Below, in pieces: positions 63,913 through 64,000 of a stretch of 64,000 nucleotides of DNA. The translations under genes and the position numbers were made by a program. The DNA lies in the NCBI GenBank assembly GCA_964304625.1, contig OZ199838.1, positions 16,269,731 through 16,333,730 on the forward strand, in the 5' to 3' direction. This stretch comes from Kudoa neothunni (Eukaryota > Animalia > Cnidaria). Below the pieces are notes generated by a model. It was not told the DNA's origin. It did not search any database and saw only the letters and a program-made list of their open reading frames with translations. Position 1 is the first letter of the stretch; each line of letters starts with the position of its first letter.

Positions 63913-64000
63913 CGCATTTTTAATTATTATATATTATATGATAAATTGTCCAGAAAATTTTATTATAATATTATGGGAGTAATTAAAATTGAGTTTGATT

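Overview
Very AT-rich eukaryotic DNA with many short (about 39-75 nt) spliceosomal introns, so the ORF track mostly shows exon fragments and antisense shadows. The compact, tiny-intron style would fit a reduced parasite genome such as a myxozoan cnidarian, but that is inference only. Splicing by hand gives seven genes, all on the + strand. Six (A <1-1130, B 9216-11761, C 21488-23862, D 32362-34575, F 45773-47785, G 55024-57328) are diverged paralogs with shared intron positions. They encode a signal peptide, a roughly 400-aa ectodomain, an acidic Ser/Thr stalk and a C-terminal anchor. By eye, motif order and spacing match the GDA1/CD39 ecto-NTPDase fold, but the catalytic motifs (ACR1-4) are lost, which suggests an expanded array of surface pseudo-apyrases. 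The paralogs vary by hypervariable patches, a 66-bp stalk VNTR, micro-exon presence, loss of the TM anchor (A), a 29-bp insertion giving either a new intron or an alternative hydrophobic C-terminus (C), and a possibly intronized exon segment (F). The seventh gene (E 37327-40266) is an unrelated type I membrane protein built from Cys-stapled FN3-like modules. B and C arose from a recent segmental duplication of about 6.2 kb. Intergenic space is filled with decayed, often nested transposons: Helitron, Merlin, hAT, MULE, piggyBac, a tRNA-derived SINE and a LINE remnant.
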